64,000 nt of DNA from Mobula hypostoma (GCF_963921235.1 NC_086108.1:15376001-15440000); one strand, 5' to 3'; shown: positions 52,323 through 64,000, counted from the first letter of the stretch. The notes: generated from the sequence alone by a model not told the origin. Made by a program: numbers and translations.

Positions 52323-53484
52323 GTAAAAACAGCTCATTTTCATCCACTACGTTTAGTAGTATGTGGAAAAGCACACAACGGAGAGCAGTACAGCAGAGAA
52401 CAGGTCTTTTGATACACAATGTTGTGCCAGTCTAATTAAATACCCAAGTTAATGCCTTCTGCCTACACAATGTCCTTATCCCTTTTTGTGCCTATCTAAA
52501 AGTCTCTTAAATGCCTCTATCGTTTCTGCTTCCACCACACCCTGGCAGAACATTCCAGGCACCCAGCACTCGCAAAAGGAAGTGGTTTGGTGTGGGAGTC
52601 ATGTTTCTATAATGCTTTATTTTGACCCCACTTCATTCATTTAGGGATAATATATTGGACCTGTAAAGTTTTTCCAGAATGTTATCTGGTCCAAAATGTT
52701 TAAAATAAACAGATTGCATCATCTTCGTAACAGTTTACAGTAAAGGATAATTAAACAGAATTATTTAATAATTCTGTTTAATAATTAAACAGATTGCATC
52801 ATCTTGGTAACATTTACAGTAAAGGATAATTAAACAGAACTATCAGCCCACTATACCCACACTGTCCAGCAAGGTCCTAACTAAACTAGTTCCTTTTTCA
52901 CTTACGTCTCAAGTTGAGTTTGTTGTCATGTGCGTAGTAGGGTGAGATAGAGGTACAATGAGAAACTTTCAGAATAGTCATGACAGCACACAGTTTATTA
53001 ATTATACAAGGCAGTGAAGAGACAGTCAAACACAAGACCTTGTGGCAAACAAAAGACAATCAGAAGTAAGTCCATGTTGATGCAGCAGATGGTCTGTAGT
53101 ATTCTGTTGTTGAGGTACGGTTAGGGTTGTGCAGGTTCCTTTAAGAACCTGATGGTTGCTAGAAAGTAGGCCTTCTCTGCATCTGGTGGAGCGTGGGACT
53201 TAAGGCTTCTGTGCCACCTGTTGCCTGACAGTAGCAGTGAGAAAAGTGTCTGACCTGGGCAGTGGGAATCCTTGATGACAATTGCGGTCTTGTTGAGGCA
53301 CTGATTTCTGCAAATTCTGTCAGTGGTTGGGAAGGCTGAGTCCCTAATGGACTGGCCTGCGTTCACTCACTACTTGATGCAGCCTCGTGTTTCTGTGCAT
53401 CAGAACTATTGTATCAGACCATGATGCAACCATTTCTTGGCACAGGAATGTGTAGTGACTCTTGCAGAATGCTCCTAGCACATT

Positions 53485-54502
53485 ATAGAAACATAGAAAA
53501 CCTACAGCACAGTACAGACCCTTCAGCCCACAGAGTTGTGCTGAACATATCCCTACCTTAGAAATTACTAAGCTTACCTATAGCCCTCTATTTTTCTAAG
53601 CTCCATGTACCTATCCAAAAGTCTCTTAAAAGACCCTATTGTATGTGCCTCCACCACCGTTGCTGGCAGCCCATTCCATGCACTCACCACTCTCTGAGTA
53701 AAAAACTTACCCCTGACATCTCCCCAGAACCTTAAACCTGTGTCCTCTTGTGGCAACCATTTCAGTCCTGGGAAAAAGTCTCTGATAATCCACACGATCA
53801 ATGCCTCTCATAATCTTATACACCTCTATCAGGTCACCTCTCATCCTCCATCGCTCCAAGGAGAAAAGGCTGAGTTCACTCAACCTGTTTTCATAAGGCA
53901 TGCTCCCCAACCAGGCAACATCCTTGTAAATCTCCTCTGCACCCTTTATATGGCTTCCACATCCTTCCTGTAGTGAGGCGACCAGAACTGAGCACAGTAC
54001 TGCAAGTGGGGTCTGACCAGGGTCCATATAGCTGCAACATTACCTCTCGGCTCCTAAATTCAATTCCACGATTGATGAAGGCCAATACACCATAGGCTGC
54101 CTTAACTACAGAGTCAACCTGCGCAGCTGCTTTGAGTGTCCTATGGACTTGGACCCCAAGATCGCTCTGATCTTCCACACTGCCAAGAGTCTTACCATTA
54201 ATACTATATTCTGCCATTATATTTGACCTACCAAAATGAACCACTTCACACTAATCTGGGTCGAACTCCATCTGCCACTTCTCAGTCCAGTTTTGCATCC
54301 TAACAGTGTCCTGCTGTAACCCCTGACAGCCCTCCACACTATCCACAACACCTCCAACCTTTGTGTCATCATCAAACTTAGTAACCCACCCTTCCACTTC
54401 CTCATCCAGGTCATTTATAAAAATCATGAAGAGTAAGGGTCCCAGAACAGATCCCTAAGGCACACCACTTGTCACTGACCTCCATGCAGAATATGACCCG
54501 TC
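53485..54502 (-). mobile_element. 5'-truncated CR1 LINE (subfamily of the 1-848/11683-12628 element)
   Basis: VHFGRSN..EYSINGKTLGSVEDQ, MRGDLIEVYKIMRG, FFTQRVVSAWNGLP; tail tagaaacatagaaaacc. Confidence 0.88.
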
Positions 54503-55020
54503 TATATCCTTATGTTGTGTTGGTTGTTAATGCAAACATTTCACTGTATATTTTTGATGTATATGTGTTAAATAAATGAATCTAAATTTGAATTGAGAAT
54601 ATTTTCAACATTCAACATTCTGAAAGTTTCTTAGAGTATTTGGTGACACTCCAAATCTTCTTAAACTTTGGAGTGGTATGCCTCCTTTGTGATTGCATCT
54701 ATGTGCTGGGCCAGGGACTGGTTGCCTAAGATGTTAACATCCAGGAGTTTGAGGCTGCTATCCCTCTCCACTTCTAACCCACCATTGACAGTCTCCATCA
54801 GTTTTCCTACTCCTACCACTGATGTTCCCACTATTATCTCCAGTTGCCCGTTTACTTATTCAACACATCTTGGAATGTGTAAGTAAACCAGAATACCTGG
54901 AGCATTACCTCTGTTTCTCTTTCCATGGATGCTGCCTGACTTGCTGAGTGTTTCCAATAGTTCCTGTTTTCAGTACAACATTGGTTGACTAATTTTAGCT
55001 TGGATTTGTTTTACTTGCAG

Positions 55021-55187
55021 ACGTGAGGGTATACATGACGGTAGCTGTGGACTTGGTGATCACTGAGGTGGTGGAGCCAGTTCGATTTCAGTTAGAAACT
55101 GTGGTCCGTGTGTATTCAGCCAACGAGAGGTTCTGGTACTTCAGCAGAAAGACCTTCAGTGAAGCCTTCCGCATGAAGCTGAAACAG
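55021..55187 (+). CDS. RABGAP1L: RABGAP1L internal coding exon F
   Basis: acttgcag|AC acceptor, CAG|gtaggg donor; 167 nt (phase 1 to 0); (D)[55 protein letters not shown]. From recall, the [11 protein letters not shown] motif matches RABGAP1L rather than RABGAP1. Confidence 0.92.
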
Positions 55188-55204
55188 GTAGGGGTATTAC
55201 CTAC

Positions 55205-55630
55205 ACACAAGAGATTCCGCAGATGTTGGAAATCCAGAGCAACACACACAAAATGCTGGAGGAACTCAGGAGGTCAGGCAGCATCTATGGAAGTGAATAA
55301 CAAAACTGGAAGCCATGGACTGACATGATGGAACGGGAATGGGGATAGGAATTAAAATGGTTAACCACCGGGAAATTCCACTTTTGGTGGATGGAGTGAA
55401 GGTGCTGTACAAAGCGGTTCCCCAATTTATGTCGGGTTTCACCAATTTAGAGGAGGCCACATTGGGAGCACTGGATACACTAGATGACCCCAACAGATTT
55501 GCAGTTGAAATGTTGCCTCATCTGGAAGGACTTTTTGGGGCCCTGGATGGAGGTAAAGGAGGAGGTGAATGTGCAGGTGTAGCATTTCTGTTGTTTGCAG
55601 GGATATGTGCAAGGAGGGAGATTACTGAGG
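55205..55630 (-). mobile_element. Penelope-like element fragment (terminus and GIY-YIG remnant)
   Basis: gcagatgttggaaatccagagcaacacacacaaaatgctggagg terminus; body similar to 36440-36720. Confidence 0.7.
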
Positions 55631-56104
55631 AAAGAAAACACACTACCTCAGGCCCATGGAGGAGAAGAAATGGTCACAAATTAACACTGGAATTTAACAA
55701 GCTGTAACTCTACTTCAGGGTCAGGAATCATCTACACTTTGGTATCTGAGCCCAAGATGCCTGAAGTTGTTATTTAGAGGTGGATCTCCTCTGCTGATAC
55801 CAAGAGATGCATCCCTTCCTTGGCACTAAATGTATTCCTTAGTGTAACACTACATCCCTCCCTTATAGGCATGTTGTTGAATCTTGACACTGATCCCCAT
55901 GTCCCTTCATGATTCCCTTTCCAGGGACTCATCCCTGCTGTGGGGTGAATGTAGACCGTTCCCCATTTAGGAGATTGGAGGCATAGTCACTACCCTGTGG
56001 TAGAGGTGGAGAGAAGGTTGAGAGACAGTTCCACTCCCTCAGGTCAGGAAGAGAACCAGTTCATTCCTTGGTTACAGTTGTTGTCATTATTCTATATGTA
56101 AAAT

Positions 56105-56672
56105 ATATATGGGGTGTCAGGGAGGGGTAGCACCTCTGGTGGGGGAACATGTCGTGTCCTTTTCAGGGCGGTTAGTCCACCTTTGGTCCCCACCTGGCAT
56201 TCAGCTCTCACCTGTGGCTCCCCGTAGCTGTTTGCATGCAACAGCGGCCACAGCCCGGGCAACGGCAACGGCTTCGACAAGCCGGCTAAACCAGGTGATG
56301 GTAGCCGATGGGTCTCAAACCCTCGGTGAGATAGGGAGTTGTCTATTCCAGCATGTGAAGACAGACTTCGGCGGATTGAGCGGACGAGACAAATGGAAGG
56401 TCCAACGGTCAAGAAGGCGGTCTCTGCAAGCGTTGTGGAACGTGTAGAGCAGGACAAGACACAGAAGATGTCCTGGTCATCCACTGCGCCTAGTCCCATC
56501 TCCAGCCGTCTAGACTCTGTCTTGCCACTGGACCCAGATGGGAATTGGGAAGAGAGAGTGAGGCTGATGCTGTGCAACTCTCCCTCACTTAAATCCAAAT
56601 CACGCGCTAGTCTCGACACCATCATTATGGTGTCGAGGTCCTCATCGACGTCAACGATGGACGAACAACTAA
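56105..56672 (+). mobile_element. ~570-bp non-coding retroposon (probably RTE-related SINE) with TSD
   Basis: Perfect 13-bp TSD ctatatgtaaaat at 56092-56104 and 56673-56685; GC-rich structured body; 3' hairpin tcgacaccat/atggtgtcga and short aacaactaa tail. Family assignment is an inference. Confidence 0.7.
56111..56298 (+). ncRNA. Candidate HDV-like (nested double pseudoknot) ribozyme
   Basis: P1 GGGGUGU 56111-17 / ACAGCCC 56250-56 (one mismatch); P2 UCACCUG / CAGGUGA; P3 GGC/GCC; L3 starts UCC, with GG at 56257-58 for P1.1; P4 CGGCU/AGCCG; J4/2 GCUAA with putative catalytic C56286. Folded by eye. Confidence 0.55.
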
Positions 56673-56789
56673 CTATATGTAAAATTCAGGACATTTTATA
56701 GAAAAATCTGACCAGCTTTAGCAATCAAGTAAAAAAAAAGTCTCTAAACATCCCAAAACACTCCATGCAATTAAAGTACTTTTGATGTG

Positions 56790-57140
56790 CAGTCTCTGTT
56801 GTCTTCTTCTTGGGCTGTTTCTCGGGATTGAGGATGCTTGTTTCCACTGCAGTTTTGAGGTATCTGCAGACTACCATAGATGGGGCAAGAGCTGTTTGAT
56901 TGGTGAGTGGGTAGCTTGAGAGGTCGTGTGCTCCTTCCTCTGTTTCGCTGGAGTTCCCAATGCATAGACTTGAGCTTCTCAGTCCTATCCCAGAACTGTT
57001 CCATTTTGAGCAATAACAGACCAAGAATCCCAAGAGTTGATAAGGATGTTTTATTTTTTCAAGGAAGATTTCAGAATATCTTTGAACCATTTCCATTGTC
57101 CAGGTAATACTTTGCTGTGACAGAGTTTAGAATAGAGTGG
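56790..57140 (-). mobile_element. Old RTE-clade LINE 3' fragment
   Basis: Minus strand LPGQWKWFKDILKSSLKK..I..NSWDS resembles the RTE ORF C-terminus. Confidence 0.55.
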
Positions 57141-58723
57141 CTATTTCATCTTGGTGGAACCTCAAAGTAATTGTCATTGCCGGTAATAAAATAAATAGAA
57201 TAAAATAAGTACAATAACTGGGCCCAGAAGATCTCCATACTTATGACTCAAGCATTCTTTTTATTTCACTTGTGCACAAGGAGAACAGCATGAGCCCCGT
57301 CACCCACACTTGCTATTTTTATATAGAATTGGCTTATCAGTTACGGATATTGACCATTTAATAAATTATATATGTTGAATTCCTTGCTTGCAGGATCAAT
57401 TGCCACTCATAGTAAAGGTGTTAAAAATCGATTGAAACTTGGAGTGGGCAGCTGATGGTATTTTGAAGTTAGTAAAGACAATTGTGCCTTAGTTGTTGGG
57501 TATGTGTCACAAACTCAAAATTCAAAGTAAATTTATTATCTAGGTACATTTATGCCGCCATATACAACCCTGAGATTCGTTTTCTTGCGGGTATTCACAG
57601 TAAATACAAGAAATACAATCGAATCAATGAAAGGCAGCCCCCAACAGGGCAGACAAGCAACCAAAGTTCAAAAGACAACAAACTGCAAATACAAAAAAAA
57701 AAAAAATAATAATAATAAATAAATATTGAGAACATGAGATAAAAAGTCCTTGAAAATGACTCCATGGTTTGTGGGAATAGATTAGTGATGGGATGAGTGA
57801 AGTTATCCCCTCTGGTTAAAGAGCCTGATGGTTGAGGGGTAATAACTGTTCCAACCATGGTGATGTGGGTCCTGAGTCTCCTGTATTCCATCTGTTATCC
57901 TTATCTTGTTTTTTCCTGCACCACTGTTGTGTTAAAAGGACTCTATGTTTTAGGAAGACCAATCTGGAAAAGTCTCACTGCAGAGACCTTATTTGTCTGG
58001 CTTGAATTCACACTGTCCCAGTCACCCCAGCCTATCTTGCCTGTACTAAGCAGAGGTTCTCCAGTAATCGCACTTACTGCAACTGCCCTAAGATATTCTT
58101 TCCTGGATGTGGTCTTTAACTCTTCCCTTACTGCAACTTTCACACTCCCTCCTCTTTGCCCTGTGTAGAACAACATAAATCTTACTGAATTTCAATAGCT
58201 CAGAGTTTCTGAAACTCTGTGACAGTTTTGACTAGGGCAGCTGGCTGTTGTATCATGATGGAGGTAGCTGCTCTGTGAGCTAATATTCCACAGAGTAATC
58301 TCAGGCAAGAGACTAAATTGAATATGACAACTAACAAGAATAGCGGTCCCCAGGGTGAGCATGGAGTCTTGTGCAGCTTTTTCTCAATCACCCTAACCTT
58401 ACCAGCTTCTACTTGGATGTTCACAGCTAAACTGGTGATATTCTTGGACATATCAGGAATGTATATGCAACACACCTGGCCAGTGATAGCATAAGTACCA
58501 CCCTGATTTGTATCATGTTGTGCTAAGATTGCATCATTAGCCAGTTTCTCCAGCGCTAAGGCTATATTGACGCTCTTGCAAGCGAGTCTGGCAGGTCCTC
58601 AGAATAGGGATGTTACTATCTGGAAACACTCAGTTTGCATAATGTTCCTTTGGTAGCAGGCCTGCACAGTGGGATTTAGAGTGTGGGAAGGTGGTACATA
58701 CGTGGTATGATGTAGGACAGATA

Positions 58724-60326
58724 CAGGTGTCCCCCGCTTTTCGAACATTTGCTTTACAAAACCTCACTGTTACAAAAGACCTACATTAGTACCCTGTTTT
58801 CGCTTTCAGAAGGTGTTTTCACTGTTACAAAGAATGGCAGCGTGCGATAAAAAATCAGTGCGCGATAAAAGGCAGCGCGCGTCCCGAGCAGCCGCTCTCC
58901 CCCGGATTCGGAACGGCATTGCTTAAACACGTGCAGCCATTAGCAAGATGAGTTCTGAGGTATTGGAAAAGCCTAAAAGAGCTTGTAAGGGTGTTACACT
59001 TAGCGTAAAACTAGACATAATTAAGCGTTTCGATTGTGGTGAACGAAGCGAGGACAAAGTGAGTTTGGCTTGGGGAAGCTGATGAAGATGATGTTGAAGA
59101 GGCTTTGGCATCCCATGACCAAGAACTGATAGATGAAGAGCTGATGCAATTGGAAGAGGAAAGGATAACAATCGAAACCGAATGCAGTAGCGAACTGAAC
59201 GTGAAGCAACTGCGTGAGATTTTTGCTGCAATGATAAAGTACGACTTTAATTTTGAAAGGGTACGTAAGTTTTGGGGATATTTGCAGGATGGTTTGAGAC
59301 CTTACAAACAACTGTATGATGGAAAAATGAGCGAGGCTCAGCAGTCAAGCAAGCCTTCCACATCAGCCACAGCAGATGACGAACCTCGATCTTTGACATC
59401 GAGGCGGGCAGTCATAGGAGAAGATGAGCTGCCTGCCCTGGTCGACAACGAGATGACACCCCCGTGTCCCACCACCCCAACACCCGGACCCCGGACAGAT
59501 ACTGTGCCGATTCGCGAAGAACGTAGCAGTAGCCGGGAGGCAGACAGCACATCTTTAAGAAAAAAGCCAAAATAAACAAGCTAATTAATTAGGTGCCGCC
59601 GACACGTAATTGTCGGCCCAGATCAGTGCCGATTTCCGATTGCATCGCCTCTGATCTGGGCCGACAATTGCGTGTTGGCGGCACCTAATTAATTAGCATG
59701 TTTATTTCGGCTTTTTTCTTAAAAATTTGCTGTGTGCCTCCCGGCTACTGCTGCGTTCTTCGCGGCAATGTATCGGGTCGGCGGCCTGGAGGGTGGGGGC
59801 CACTGCACCACCCAACCTGCAACGACTCAGCCTAACACACCATCATCAGTTTGCTCGGCAAGCTGTCTTCCTGATTCCGGTAAGTGATACTACACTGTAC
59901 ATACATTATTTCTACTTTATATAGGCTGTGTATTTTTACGTGTTATTTGGTAGATTTGGCAGCTTCATAGTTTAAAGGTTACTGAAGAGCGCGTTTATGC
60001 CAACAGCACTTGCGTGAGATTTTCTGCCGAGAGTGCTTGCGTGAGATTTTCGCTACGGAGATCTGTGCAGGCAGTCGTTGTAGAGAAGTATTTCTACTTT
60101 ATATAGGCTGTGTATTTATCATATCATTCCTGATTTTACTATATGTTACTGTTATTTTAGGTTTTATGTGTTATTTGTCATGATTTGGTAGGTTATTTTT
60201 GGGTCTGCGAACGCTCACAAAATTTTCCCATATAAATAAATGGTAATTGCTTCTTTGCTTTACGACATTTCGGCTTACGAACTGTTTCATAGGAACGCTC
60301 TACCTTCAGATGGCGGGGGAAACCTG
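58724..60326 (+). mobile_element. Tigger/pogo (Tc1-mariner) internally deleted DNA transposon
   Basis: TA TSD (58722-23, 60327-28); TIRs caggtgtcccccgc / gcgggggaaacctg; N-terminal HTH remnant KRACKGVTLSVKLDIIKRFDCGE fused to C-terminal DDVEEALASHDQELIDEELMQLEEE; DDE core missing. Confidence 0.9.
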
Positions 60327-60427
60327 TAACAACATCCACTGGACAGTTTGGTTCAGGCCAATGATCCTATTTTTTTAAGCGGTACTCCTGGCAATCAGAC
60401 ACCTGGAAAATACCATTAATATGATTC

Positions 60428-62377
60428 CATAAGACCATAAGACATAGGAGCAGAATTAGGCCATCTGGCCCATCGAGTCTGCTCTGCCATTTAATCATGG
60501 CTGATCCTTTTTTTTCTATCTCCTCCTCAACTCCAGTTCCTGGCCTTCTCCCCATAACCTTTGCTGCCATGTCCAATCAAGGACCTATCAATCTCTGCCT
60601 TAAATAACCCAACAACCTGCCTCCACAGCTGCATATGGCAACAAATTCCACAAATTCACCATCCTTTGACTAAAGAAATTTCTCTGCATCTCTGTTTTGA
60701 AAGGGTGCCCCTCTATCGTGAAGCAGTGCCCTCTTGTCCTAGACTCTCCCACCATGGGAAACATCCTTTGCACATCTACTTTGTCTAGGCCTTTCAACAT
60801 TTGAAAGGTTTCAATGAGATCCACCCTCATCCTTCTGAGTTCCAGCGAGTACGGGTCCAGAGCCATCAAACGTTAGATGGCTCTGAGCCCATACAATGCT
60901 CCACCAGTCTGCGTATCATTGGATGATAACCCTTTCATTCCTGGAATCATCCTTGTGACCCTCCTGTAGACCTTCTACAATGCCAGCACGTCTTTTCTAA
61001 GATGAAGGGCCCAAAAATATTCACAATTCTCAAGGTGAGGCCTCACCAGTGCCTTGTAAAGCCTCAGTATCACATCCTTGCTCTTGTATTCTAGACCTCT
61101 TGAAATGATTAGATTAGATTAAACTTTATTGTCATTGTGCCGAGTACAGATACAAAGCCAATGAAATACATTTAGCATCTGACCAGAAATGCAAAGAATA
61201 GTGTTATTTACAAAATAACTGCGAATAAAAAAAGTGCCACACCTCACAAATATAAAAGTACTGAGACAGTAGAATACGGATGCTTAGTGCTGTGATGAGC
61301 GGTTCAGCAGTGTCACAGCCTCAGGGAAGAAGCTCTTCCTGTGCCCGATGGTGCGGGAGCGGAGGCTCCTGTAGCGCCTACCGGGTGGGAGGAGAGTAAA
61401 AAAATCCACGGTTAGGGTGAGATGCATCCTTGATAATGCTTTTCGCCCTGCCCAGGCAGTGTTTATGGTAGATGTTCTCAATGGTGGGCAATTGGGTGCC
61501 GATAATCCACTGGGCAGTCTTCACCACATGCTGGAGTGCTTTGCGGTCCGATATGGGACAATTGCCATACCACACTGAGATGCAGTTGGTGAGTATGCTG
61601 TCAGTGGTACAGCGGTAGAAGTCAATGCTATCATGGCATTTGCCTTCCTCACCACCAACTCGACCTGCAAGTTAACCTTTTGGATGTTCTGCACAAGGAC
61701 ACCCAAGTCCCTTTGCATCTCAGATTTTTGGATTTTCTCCCTGTTTAGAAAAAAGTCTGCATACTTATTTCTACTACCAAAGTGCATGACTGTGTATTTT
61801 CCAATAGTGTATTTAATTTGCCACTTTCTTGCCCATTCTCCAAATCTGTCTAAGTTCCTCTGCATCCTACCTGTTTCCTCAACAGTACCTGCCCCTCCAC
61901 CAATCTGCAAACTTGGCAATGAAGCCATCTATTCCAACATCTAAATCATTTATATACAGCATAAAAAGAAGTGGTCCTAACACCGACTCCTGTGGAACGC
62001 CACTAATCACTGGCAGCCAACCAGAAAAGGATCCTTTTATTCCCACTCATTGCCTCCTTCCAATCAGCCAATACTCTAACCATGTTAGTAACTTTCTTGT
62101 AATACCATGGACTCTTAACTTGGTAAGCAACCTCATGTATGGCAACTTGTCAAAGGCCTTCTGAAAGTTCAAATATACAACATCCACTGCGTCCCCTTTA
62201 TCTATCCTACCTGTAATCTCCTCAAAGAATTCCAACAGGTTCGTCAGGCAGGATTTTCCCTGAAAGAAACCATGCTGACTTTGTACTATCTTGTTCTGTG
62301 TCACCAAATACTCCATCACCTCATCCTTAACAATTGACTCTAACATCTTCCCAACCACTGAGGTCAGGCTAACTGGT
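60428..62377 (-). mobile_element. 5'-truncated CR1 LINE interrupted by a Rex1-type 3' fragment (~61108-61623)
   Basis: VGKMLESIVKD, KSCLTNLLEFFEE, YLNFQKAFD, FFSQRMVNLWN; tail cataagaccataagacatagg; the insert has WYGNC..DRKALQHVVKTAQ and a (AATCT)n tail. Confidence 0.88.
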
Positions 62378-63187
62378 TGGGGGGGGGGTGGTCACCAGTG
62401 GTATAGGCGTTGCACATACTGTTACCGTAGTCTAGTCTTGTCCCTTGTTGGTTACAATAACATACTTCACCCCTGTTCACATGAAGCAGCTTAAGCGTGG
62501 GGGGGGCGATGGTGGGGGAGTTTATACACTCCATTGTAGGTGGGTTAATACTAATCCTGGAAACAGTTGCATTGACAGTACAGTTTCTTGGTTCCTTTAC
62601 AGTTCTGGTTTCATTATCAAAGTAAAACGCTGAATCAAACTCACTATGATTGAGGAGAATAGGGCACATTGACAATCCACCTTCTGAATGTGTAGGTCCT
62701 TAGAGCACACTCAACAACCTGACCAGTAAGTATGCGATGCATATTCATAACCGAATAAAGTGTTAGGAGTTTTAGTGTTGTGTATACTTCTGCATTTACG
62801 CAGAAAATAGATACCCAGGTTACCCAAAACTTAGAATGCATATTGGTTACTTAAGGTGGCAAATAGTAAAGATCAAGAGTTCATTCCATCAGTTTATCAA
62901 GCTCTGGTAATCTGCTCCCTGGTCTGGTGACATCACTGGCCTAATGTGCAAGGTTTGCATCCATGCTGGCTTTCCTTGGACCTTTAAAGCCGTCAAAAAG
63001 ACTTGGAATGGACCTTCCCAGCGTACTCCAGGCAGTTCTTTCATCAGTAGGCTCTCACCAGTACCCACACTCCTGGCTGATGGGTCTGACAGTGCAGTAG
63101 TCACGATCTTCTGGGGTTCAAGTACTTGTTGATGAAAACCTTTAAGATCTTATATTAGTTATAATAATGCACCATGTTTACACTCAT

Positions 63188-63360
63188 AATAGGCTGGTCC
63201 TGGACTTATTTTCCATCTGGCATAGTTTGCATTTTGTTGTTTGATTGTTTGTGGTTTTTGTATTGCTGTATTTATGCTCTATTCTCGGTTGGTGCAGCTG
63301 TAACGAAACCCAATTTCCCTCGGGATCAATAAAGTTTATCTATCTATCTATCTATATATA
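63188..63360 (+). mobile_element. Rex1-type 3' tail with (TATC)n, inserted in the ERV integrase
   Basis: aataggctggtcctggacttatt...gggatcaataaag(tatc)n, same family as the ends at 7622 and 32546. Confidence 0.75.
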
Positions 63361-64000
63361 ATATGGCTATCCATCTGTTTAATTAAAAAGGGAGGGGTGA
63401 CTGCCAAGTGCATGGTTCATCTGGGGATAGGCCTGTCACACAGTTGGAGTGCAGTGCATTGCCATGACGGCCAGTAGAAGCATCTCTGGCCACTTCAGCT
63501 TGATCTTGTTGCACAACTAAGCTAACCTGTTTTTCGGGGTCCCATTCTGCCTTTCAGCTGCCCTGTGAGATTGAGGGTGGTAAGGGCAGGTGAAATGATG
63601 CTTACACTACAAGATTTTTGTCAAATCCTAGACAATTTAACCAATAATGTGAGGACTGTTATCACTTAAGATTATCTTGGGAATTCCAAAGCTAGGAATA
63701 AATTCTCATAATACAAGTTAACGCCAATTACAGCATCGTTTTTCTTGGTTGGGTAAGCTTTTACCCATGGAGAGAATAAACACAATAACAAGAATTTAAT
63801 CACAACCCATACAAAAGGAGATGCACAAAGGAGTTCTGGGGGAGGGCCCAGGAGTGGAAGATATTGGCAGCGTCTTTTGGGATTATGTCTCTGGCAAATC
63901 ATACATTTGCTGCTACTTTTCTTGATATGGTTGAGCATCTCTCATTTTCGATTATACCCATCATCCTTTATAGTTTTATACATATTGTGCTTTATTCCAT

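Larger units (their letters stand above)
57890..64000 (-). mobile_element. Fragmented endogenous retrovirus: integrase (~62880-64000), env (~58200-62841 in three pieces), PPT (58145-58163) and partial 3' LTR
   Basis: CMICQRHNP, FSPWVKAYPT, PYHPQS..AERQNGT, RWEGPFQV..KVQGKPAW integrase motifs; env SU with several N-X-S/T sequons, SGCCYLSYIIP, LALEKLAND, GGTYAITGQVCCIYIPDMSKNIT, hydrophobic TM segment; agggcaaagaggagggag|TG. Confidence 0.8.

Noticed and set aside
56092..56701. Overlapping 112-177-aa ORFs
   Set aside because: They lie in a GC-rich TSD-flanked structured repeat and have no recognisable domain; better explained as non-coding RNA structure

Overview
Vertebrate genomic DNA, not prokaryotic. 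The repeat content (CR1, Rex1/Babar, Penelope, V-SINE) suggests a cartilaginous fish, which is an inference. The window lies inside a large + strand gene, RABGAP1L. Six internal coding exons (24392-24566, 27485-27642, 28754-28864, 47389-47455, 52220-52322, 55021-55187) have canonical AG/GT sites and compatible phases, and encode the end of the PTB domain plus the following DUF3694/kinesin-associated region. The introns are packed with decayed and often nested mobile elements: CR1, L1, Rex1/Babar and RTE LINEs, Penelope-like elements (PLEs), a two-LTR Gypsy element, hAT and Tigger DNA transposons, and a fragmented env-bearing endogenous retrovirus. The most interesting signals are in RNA structure: (i) minimal type-I hammerhead ribozyme motifs in palindromic, TSD-flanked PLE insertions; (ii) a candidate HDV-like ribozyme at the 5' end of a ~570-bp TSD-flanked non-coding retroposon, in the host-gene sense orientation; (iii) a Gypsy element whose primer-binding-site position is complementary to its own LTR, suggesting self-priming. 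Repeat boundaries without a stated TSD are approximate. No database searches or folding programs were run.
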